A program made the translations under genes and the position numbers. From a virus (Duplodnaviria > Caudoviricetes): 64,000 nucleotides of DNA. Under the pieces are notes generated by a model that was not told where the DNA came from, ran no database searches, and was given only the letters and a program-made list of their open reading frames with translations. Of this stretch, positions 56,997-64,000 are shown in pieces. Location of the stretch: IMG/VR virus record IMGVR_UViG_3300012979_001162, positions 98,649 through 162,648 of that record; one strand, 5' to 3'. The stretch's first letter is position 1, and each line of letters starts with the position of its first letter.

Positions 56997-58514
56997 ATGA
57001 AAGAAAGAAAAGTAAAATATTCATTCGCTGAATGGTGTAAGAATAATAATCATCAAGATTGGTTAGACTTGTGGGATTATAAATTGAATGGTTGCGGTCC
57101 AGAAAATGTTGCTTATAGGTCTGGAAAGAAATGGTATTTTAAGTGCCCGCGCGGATTACACGAAAGTGAAGCAAAGACATTGTGTTCTTTGACAGGCGGA
57201 CAAAGCAGATTGTTTTGTAGAGGATGTAGTTCATTCGGACAATGGTTAATAGATAACTTGGGTGATGATGCAATTCAAAAATATTGGAGTGACAAAAATA
57301 CAGTTAATCCGTTTGAGATTGGATACGGTTGTCATAATACGGTGTGGATAAAGTGTCAAAGCGGTCAACACCCCGACTATGATTGTATTGTTTATACATT
57401 TACTTCCGGGTGTCGATGTCCATATTGTAATGGCAAAAGAATTGCAATTGGCATCAATGATATTGCGACAACACGTCCAGATTTAGCGTCTTATTTTTTA
57501 TATGAAGAAGATGCTCGTAAATATGCGGCTTGTAGCGGTAAATTTGTTTGGATGAAATGTCCGATTTGCGGGACGGTACAATTAAAGCAAATTTCTAACG
57601 TATATGAACGCGGTTTTAATTGCGATAAATGTTCTAGAGGTAAATCATACCCAGAACAATTTATGTATAATGTGTTAGATCAGATAAGGCAAAAACATTA
57701 TATGAAAATATATACTAGCCATACTTTTGATTGGTCTAAATATGTTACTACCAATCATCATAATTTGTCTGGTAAAAAGATATATGATTTTTACATTGTG
57801 TTTGACAAAGAAATTATTATAGAAACTCATGGCAAACAACATTATGTCGAATGTTCATTTACTAATCGGACGTTAGCCGAAGAGCAAGCAAATGACAGAA
57901 TTAAAATGAGCGAGGCAATTCGTAATGGATTTTGTACAGATACCTACATTGTAATCGATTGTCAACAGTCTAACAAAAAATATATCAAACAGTCAATTAT
58001 GAATAGCGCTTTACCGAAACTGTTTCGGTTTTCTGAGAATGATATTGATTGGGAATATGCAGACAGACAGGCATCTATCAATATGACACAATGGATTTGT
58101 GATTTATGGCACGAATGTGTCGAGAAAGATAAAGTCAATGCCATAGCAGAGATGACCGGACTATCTTTGCAGACTGTATATAAATATTTACAAAACGGAG
58201 CAAAATTGGGTTTATGCAAACACGGACAAAATCGTAATCGCCCGGTTTATTGCGTTGAATATAATTGCTATTTTTCTTGTGCAAAAGTATGTGCTGAATA
58301 TTTATGTAGCATTTTGAATCGCAAAATTACCGTTCTACAAATTAATCGTTCGGCTCGAAGTGATGGAATAACATCTGCGTATGGACTACATTTTAAATAC
58401 ATTCAGCACGATGATTTTAAGAAAATGTATGATACTCAAACACCAGTGGCGTTAGATGAATATAATGAGAACCATTTAAAAGACTTATACAAATATATTA
58501 AAAACAATAATTAA
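56997..58514 (+). CDS. second zinc-ribbon-repeat endonuclease-like protein
   Basis: CPYC.G....G.ND..TTRPD.A shared with 53615; YDF...IETHG.QHY...D..K. Confidence 0.72.
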   Translation: MKERKVKYSFAEWCKNNNHQDWLDLWDYKLNGCGPENVAYRSGKKWYFKCPRGLHESEAKTLCSLTGGQSRLFCRGCSSFGQWLIDNLGDDAIQKYWSDKNTVNPFEIGYGCHNTVWIKCQSGQHPDYDCIVYTFTSGCRCPYCNGKRIAIGINDIATTRPDLASYFLYEEDARKYAACSGKFVWMKCPICGTVQLKQISNVYERGFNCDKCSRGKSYPEQFMYNVLDQIRQKHYMKIYTSHTFDWSKYVTTNHHNLSGKKIYDFYIVFDKEIIIETHGKQHYVECSFTNRTLAEEQANDRIKMSEAIRNGFCTDTYIVIDCQQSNKKYIKQSIMNSALPKLFRFSENDIDWEYADRQASINMTQWICDLWHECVEKDKVNAIAEMTGLSLQTVYKYLQNGAKLGLCKHGQNRNRPVYCVEYNCYFSCAKVCAEYLCSILNRKITVLQINRSARSDGITSAYGLHFKYIQHDDFKKMYDTQTPVALDEYNENHLKDLYKYIKNNN

Positions 58515-58533
58515 AATTTAGGAGGAAACTATT

Positions 58534-60396
58534 ATGGCACTTTTAAAATTTTTGAAGGGCAATTATGCCAACCTTGGTAACGCAGCAATTTCAGAGGGTC
58601 AGATTCTTATTTGCAACGATACTGCGGAGATGTTCGTAGACGTTGCTGCCGACAAGAGAATTAAGATTGGTGACTTTACTGTTGTTGGAACTATCGCCGA
58701 GCTTGAGGCTCTTGACGCTACAAAAGTTCCCACTTCTCGACTTTACTATGTAGAAAACGGTAACATATTAGCTCGTAGCACGGGTACAACCTGGGTGCAG
58801 ATTAACAAGCAGCCCGACATTGAAACTCTCAAAACCCAGCTTGGACTTGGTTCTATGGCTTATAAGTCTCAGGTTGCAGAGGCTGATTTAACTGCTGAGC
58901 TTGCCGAGAAGGTAAACGCTGCTGCAGAGGGCAACCATGCTCACTCTAACAAGGACGAGCTTGATAAGATTGCTGATGGCGATGTAGAAAAGTGGGGTAC
59001 TGCTTATACTCACTCTCAGGCTGATCACGCTCCCGCAGATGCACAGGCTAACATTATTGAGTCTGTTAAGGTAAACGGTACGGCTCTTACTGTCACGGAC
59101 AAGGCTGTTGATATTACCGTTCCTACTGGCGCTCTTGCAGGTAAGGACGAGATTACAAAGGATGACCTTGCTGAAGCTCTTGTAACTGAGATTGATAATA
59201 AGGTTGAAAAGGTAGAGGGTAAGTCGCTTGTTGCTGACACTGAAATCACCAAACTCGCAGGCATATCTGAGGGCGCAAATAAGGTTGAGAAGTCTGAGAC
59301 TAATGGTAATATCAAGGTTGACGGTGAAGAGGTTATTGTTTATACCCATCCCGATAAGCATGCTATTGGTGATGTAACAGGTCTTCAGGACGCTCTTGAT
59401 GGCCTTCAGGCAAAGGGTGACTATGCTGCTGAGGAGCACACTCATGTTGTGGCAGATATAACTAACCTTGATGATACCATTAAGGGTTATAACTATGCAA
59501 CCAAGACTGAACTTGGCGATGTTGACAAGAAGTTTGCTAATTATAAGATTGCCGCAGATCAGAAGGAAATTGATGACGAGCAGGATAGAAGACTCGGCGT
59601 TATTGAAGGTGACTATCTTAAGGCTGCTGACATTACTGATTTCGAAACAAAGGAAAATGTTAAGAAAGTAAGTGATGAACTTGGCGCATATAAGACATCT
59701 AATGACGCCGCTGTCGCACTTAAGGCTGACAAGTCTGTTGTTGAAGCAATGTACACCAATGACCAGATCGATGGTTTTATCGCAGAAGTTAAGAAGTATG
59801 CCGATGACAATGATGCAGATACTAAGTATGGTCTTGTATATGATTCTGACAGCAAGAAGATTAAGCTTGTTGAAGGCGGTTCTGAAGTAGAAATTGATGC
59901 TACCGACTTTATTAAGGACGGTATGATTGAAACTGTTACTATTGGTGATGACAATGATCTTGTTATTACATTTAATACTGCCGCAGGTAAGGAGAATATT
60001 ATTCTTCCTCTTGACCAGCTTGTAGATATTTACACTGGTATCGAGGGTGCAAGAGTTAAGGTTACTGTTGCTAGCGACAAATCTATTAGTGCTGACCTTG
60101 TTGCTGGTTCTATTAGCAAAAATTATCTCGATGAGGGCGTTCAAGCTTCTCTTGCAAAGGCTGATTCTGCCCTTCAGGATCATCAGGATATAAGCCACCT
60201 TGCAACAACTGAAGCACTTAACGGTGTTGATGCTAAGTTTGCGAACTACACTAACACAACTGATATGAACACTAAGTTCGACCTTAAGGCTAACGCCGCT
60301 GATGTATATGCAAAGACCGAGACTTTCACTAAGGAAGAAGTTAACGCTGCTATTGCTGCCGCAGTAGAAGCCGCTCACACTTGGGACGAATTTTAA
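58534..60396 (+). CDS. long tail fibre/spike-like protein
   Basis: Fibre-type motifs (H.H....I..L, QANIIE.VKVNG), highly biased codons. Confidence 0.65.
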   Translation: MALLKFLKGNYANLGNAAISEGQILICNDTAEMFVDVAADKRIKIGDFTVVGTIAELEALDATKVPTSRLYYVENGNILARSTGTTWVQINKQPDIETLKTQLGLGSMAYKSQVAEADLTAELAEKVNAAAEGNHAHSNKDELDKIADGDVEKWGTAYTHSQADHAPADAQANIIESVKVNGTALTVTDKAVDITVPTGALAGKDEITKDDLAEALVTEIDNKVEKVEGKSLVADTEITKLAGISEGANKVEKSETNGNIKVDGEEVIVYTHPDKHAIGDVTGLQDALDGLQAKGDYAAEEHTHVVADITNLDDTIKGYNYATKTELGDVDKKFANYKIAADQKEIDDEQDRRLGVIEGDYLKAADITDFETKENVKKVSDELGAYKTSNDAAVALKADKSVVEAMYTNDQIDGFIAEVKKYADDNDADTKYGLVYDSDSKKIKLVEGGSEVEIDATDFIKDGMIETVTIGDDNDLVITFNTAAGKENIILPLDQLVDIYTGIEGARVKVTVASDKSISADLVAGSISKNYLDEGVQASLAKADSALQDHQDISHLATTEALNGVDAKFANYTNTTDMNTKFDLKANAADVYAKTETFTKEEVNAAIAAAVEAAHTWDEF

Positions 60397-60422
60397 TCAA
60401 AACTAATTAAATCACATCAATG

Positions 60423-60450
60423 GGCTAGTGGGGTAACTCACTAGCCTTTC
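60423..60450 (+). terminator. intrinsic terminator-like hairpin
   Basis: GGCTAGTG...CACTAGCC followed by TTTC. Confidence 0.6.
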
Positions 60451-60577
60451 TTATAATAAATAAACTTCTAAATGCACTTTTAACTTTGAAAACAACAGTT
60501 GGCTTTGCAACCAGAGGCACAAAGCACTTTTACATATAAAGCCAACATTCTTACTTAGAAAGGAGAATACATAATTT

Positions 60578-61000
60578 ATGGCACTTTTTAAACACTTGCG
60601 TGGAAACCGTTCTTCCTTAGGTTCGCAACCATTACATGATGGATATGCGTATTTTTGTGTAGACGATGGTAGTTTCCATATAGATTACGCAGACTCAAAC
60701 GGGGTTCTGCAAAGAAAACAAATTACAGTTAGTAAAACTTCAACAATCTCTCTTGCTGCTTCAAAATGGATTAAGGGGACCAATGTTTATTCTCAAGTGG
60801 TATCTATACCTAATGTAACCACTAACAGTAAAGTCGATATTTATCCCACTCCAGAGCAACTTATTGAACTGCAGAGTGCAGGTATTGCTCTTATGGCGGT
60901 TAATGATAATGGCACGGTTACCGTATATGCACTAAACAATAAACCCACATCCAATTATTCTATGCAGGTCACATTAACCGAACTTAATGCGGAGGTGTAA
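60578..61000 (+). CDS. tail-associated protein
   Basis: N-terminus resembles 58534; C-domain paralogous to 61004. Confidence 0.6.
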   Translation: MALFKHLRGNRSSLGSQPLHDGYAYFCVDDGSFHIDYADSNGVLQRKQITVSKTSTISLAASKWIKGTNVYSQVVSIPNVTTNSKVDIYPTPEQLIELQSAGIALMAVNDNGTVTVYALNNKPTSNYSMQVTLTELNAEV

Positions 61001-61003
61001 TGT

Positions 61004-61555
61004 ATGGCAGATCATATTTTTCGACTTAGAAGAGGAACGAGATATGTTGATGATAACGGCGCGACGCTTTTAAAGGCAGATGGCACTCCAGTGAAAGACG
61101 ATTGGGGCACATACGAAACGTTAAATGGACACATAAAACCATACGAGGGAGAAGTAGTGCTTGAGTATGAGGTTAATCCGAACACCGGAAAGAAGACTCC
61201 TCGCCTTAAAATTGGGGATGGCATAAACGAATTTAGTGCTCTGCCATATATGAGCGTCGATAGCTTTATTTTGCCAACACCTGCCTCTGTAACAATTTAT
61301 GCAGACAAGTGGGTCAAGGCAACAGATGACAATAGATATTATCAGATTGTAACAGTGGATAATGCTACAATTACATCAAACAGTAAGGTTGACTTACAGC
61401 CGAGCTCAGAACAACTTAGTATTTTTCACGATAAAGATTTGGCATTTGTGACAGAAAATGAAAACGGAATTGTGTCTGTTTATTGTGTCGGACAAGTGCC
61501 AACAAGCAATTATACAATACAATGTACAATTACGGAGGTAATTACAAATGGGTAA
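61004..61555 (+). CDS. tail-associated protein with Mtd/hyaluronidase-type N-terminal motif
   Basis: LRRGT...EGE...E......KIGDG...F..LPY. Confidence 0.65.
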   Translation: MADHIFRLRRGTRYVDDNGATLLKADGTPVKDDWGTYETLNGHIKPYEGEVVLEYEVNPNTGKKTPRLKIGDGINEFSALPYMSVDSFILPTPASVTIYADKWVKATDDNRYYQIVTVDNATITSNSKVDLQPSSEQLSIFHDKDLAFVTENENGIVSVYCVGQVPTSNYTIQCTITEVITNG

Positions 61556-62666
61556 AATTATAGGAAATACTACGGCAACCCCCAATCCTCGTCCAGACTG
61601 GAATCAGACGGATTCGACTAAAGCCGATTATATAAAAAATAAACCAACAATATTCACAGAAGACGAGATTAAAACATTAATTAATACTGACGCTCCAGAC
61701 GAAATTTATGTTGGGGATGGAGAAATGCCCTCAGATGCTACCATTCAAATTATTATGGATGGTTCTGATGAAGAGCAGGCATTAAAAGATGAACTGAAAG
61801 ATTATATTGATGGAGAGTTTAATAAAATCGATTTTGAAGCCATCAAAGAGGAGATAAGAGTTGCCGTCATCGAAAGTCTTGGCGGTAATCCTATATTCGG
61901 CTATGTTGATGAAAATAATAACATCATAGTATCAGGCAATCTCGCAGATGGAGATTACACGCTTAAGTATGAGATGGAAGATGGTAGCTTTATTACTGTT
62001 GGTGAGCTTGTGCTTGACAATGTTGTTGACTACACCATTACGAAAAATCTTACTAACTGCTCTATTAGCAATAGTGCATCAAGCGTAACAAAGGGCGAAA
62101 GCTATTCCGCTACTATATCCGCAAATAGTGGTTATGAGCTTAAATCCGTTACTGTAACAATGGGCGGCAGCTCTGTATCTGTAACGAACGGCGTTATCAA
62201 TATAACAAGCGTTACGGGCAATATTGTTATTACTGCTGTTGCTGAAGAAACACTAGAACCTACGAACTTCTTTGATGCGTCGCAAGGTTTCTACGGTAGA
62301 CTCAATTCTGCTGGTGGCGACAGAACTGATATCCAAACGCTATTTGTCACTAACTATATAGACGTACAACAAGGCGATATTATAACTGTTGACGGTTGCG
62401 ATATTTGCCCTCAATTTAGTAGCGGCGCCAATCACTACATGACTGGATATGATATTAGTAAAACTAATGTTCATACTGATAATACCTATGTTAATAACGA
62501 CTATTGGACTGTTGATTCTTTAACAGATAATAATGCTCAGTTTACTGTATTAAGTAGTGAGATTGAATACTTTAGATTTACTTGTGGTAATCCATTAGGT
62601 TATACAGAGACTGTAGACACAAGTAAAATCGTTATCAATATTAAGCGTAACGGTAAATGGTTGTAA
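61548..62666 (+). CDS. tail-associated protein with Ig-like repeat
   Basis: PDWNQTD....DYIKNKP; YTIT.NLTNC...SYSATI.A..GY.L..VTVTMGG. Confidence 0.65.
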   Translation: MGKIIGNTTATPNPRPDWNQTDSTKADYIKNKPTIFTEDEIKTLINTDAPDEIYVGDGEMPSDATIQIIMDGSDEEQALKDELKDYIDGEFNKIDFEAIKEEIRVAVIESLGGNPIFGYVDENNNIIVSGNLADGDYTLKYEMEDGSFITVGELVLDNVVDYTITKNLTNCSISNSASSVTKGESYSATISANSGYELKSVTVTMGGSSVSVTNGVINITSVTGNIVITAVAEETLEPTNFFDASQGFYGRLNSAGGDRTDIQTLFVTNYIDVQQGDIITVDGCDICPQFSSGANHYMTGYDISKTNVHTDNTYVNNDYWTVDSLTDNNAQFTVLSSEIEYFRFTCGNPLGYTETVDTSKIVINIKRNGKWL

Positions 62667-62678
62667 GGCGGTGATGAT

Positions 62679-63782
62679 ATGTATAAATATAAACATTTCA
62701 TCAAAGAAAATATTGCTCCTAACGGCGTAAAGAAGATAGGAGTATATGACAGCACAGGAAAGAGAATTTGTACCATTCCGCTTGGCAGACTGACGCCGCC
62801 AACAAAAGAAAAACTATACTCTTTTGGTGCTTTAAGTGATATCCATTTGATAAAGTCTGGAATTACATGGAATTGGTATCCTATTGAGAAATTTGATAGA
62901 GCTCTATCTCATTTCCAAGAACAAGGTTGTGTAATGTGTGTAGTATCGGGTGATCTTACACAGTGCGGTTATCGTTGGAATGATAAAGACGATGTTGAAT
63001 TGACACAGATGGCTAATTATCGCACTGTGTGCGAAAAATATAGTGATTTACCTGTGTATGAGATTACTGGAAATCACGAAAGCTATTACAGTATACCAAT
63101 AACCAATAATTTAGATTTGTGGGAGGCAGACACGGGCAAGCGAGATTTATCTTATACAGTAGAACAAGGAAATGATTTGTTTATTCTTCTTGGACAACCT
63201 ACTGCTGGTACTGTTCTTGAAAGTCTGCAATGGCTTTACGAAACACTTGAAACCAATAGAAATAAAAGATGTTTCGTATTTATTCATCCTTGGTTAACCG
63301 ATGATAGCGGAAATCCCCGAAGCTGCGTGGAAAACAACGTATTCACGATGTGGCAAAACAACACAGGCAATAAAAATCTTGAAACTGTATTTAAAAATTT
63401 ATTAGCTCACTACAAAAATACGGTACTTTTTCACGGACACTCTCACACAAAATTTGAAAATCAGGTACTAGACAAGTGTGCGAATTACACAGATAAGAAT
63501 GGTTTTAAATCTGTTCATATTCCGTCATCATCACGTCCACGAGATGTGGATGTAGAAACAAACGAAGCTGTTTATAGCGTTACAGAGAGCCAAGGCTATT
63601 TAGTGGATGTTTATGATGATTATATAATCTTAAACGGTATTGGATTAACAGGTGTCACATCTGCTGATGTAGCATCTAAACAATATCAAGTTTATCCATT
63701 GGGTACTTACAAAATCGACACGCCACTTGTAACAGTAGAAGCAAACACTTTTACCGATAGCACTGGAACTATAAAAATTTAA
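62679..63782 (+). CDS. metallophosphoesterase in the tail module
   Basis: SDIH, SGDLT, GNHE, FHGHSH. Confidence 0.82.
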   Translation: MYKYKHFIKENIAPNGVKKIGVYDSTGKRICTIPLGRLTPPTKEKLYSFGALSDIHLIKSGITWNWYPIEKFDRALSHFQEQGCVMCVVSGDLTQCGYRWNDKDDVELTQMANYRTVCEKYSDLPVYEITGNHESYYSIPITNNLDLWEADTGKRDLSYTVEQGNDLFILLGQPTAGTVLESLQWLYETLETNRNKRCFVFIHPWLTDDSGNPRSCVENNVFTMWQNNTGNKNLETVFKNLLAHYKNTVLFHGHSHTKFENQVLDKCANYTDKNGFKSVHIPSSSRPRDVDVETNEAVYSVTESQGYLVDVYDDYIILNGIGLTGVTSADVASKQYQVYPLGTYKIDTPLVTVEANTFTDSTGTIKI

Positions 63783-63849
63783 CGCACTCCCCTTTTGTGA
63801 CTTCACAGAGGGGAGAATCTAAAAAACATCCGAAAGGAGATTAAAAATT

Positions 63850-64000
63850 ATGAAAATAATGAGAGTTAAACAACAAGATGGAACTCTTGTTGATATACCT
63901 ATAGGTGTTGATACAGCTTCTTCTGCTGTATCTGCACATAATACAAGCACATCTGCACACGCAGATATTAGAGAAGAAATTAGTCAACTTTCTTCTGAGA
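63850..64000 (+). CDS. 5' part of a fibre-like protein (runs off the window)
   Basis: AAAGGAG RBS; AHNTSTSAHADIR motif. Confidence 0.55.
   Translation, partial: MKIMRVKQQDGTLVDIPIGVDTASSAVSAHNTSTSAHADIREEISQLSSE

Noticed and set aside
58888-60378. 496-aa antisense ORF
   Set aside because: Shadow of the codon-biased fibre gene 58534..60396; the same applies to most antisense ORFs in the track.
1-64000. Prophage boundary, integrase or host genes
   Set aside because: No integrase, att site or host housekeeping block seen; lifestyle cannot be determined from this window.

Overview
Part of a large tailed-phage genome, most likely infecting spore-forming Bacillota/Clostridia (SpoIIID homologue, AGGAGG RBSs, sigmaA-type promoters, SPbeta-like YonO RNA polymerase). 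1-14.2 kb is a minus-strand arm of small early-type genes. About 14.2-15.9 kb is a non-coding strand-switch region with iteron-like repeats. 15.9-36.6 kb holds plus-strand early/middle genes (Thg1-like, YonO-like RNAP, ClpP-like, beta-CASP, HU, two tRNAs). 37-64 kb is the morphogenesis module, with group I introns carrying LAGLIDADG genes in both the terminase and a head-tail connector gene. The main discovery candidate is a stand-alone reverse transcriptase (3493-4776, YSDD) followed directly by a tandem array of six ~171-bp structured non-coding units (2459-3483), plus two more units (639-961) beyond two unknown ORFs. Each unit has its own closing inverted repeats, conserved linker blocks and a long hairpin of unique sequence. 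Short hairpins with a conserved hexaloop separate the units. This resembles a multiplexed retron-like ncRNA array, but the RT lacks retron signatures and there is no cas, DGR or group II intron context. A strand-oriented 11-mer, ACAAAATGATT, occurs 14 times, including at the head of the array. All protein family calls are by-eye motif recognition; no database searches were run.
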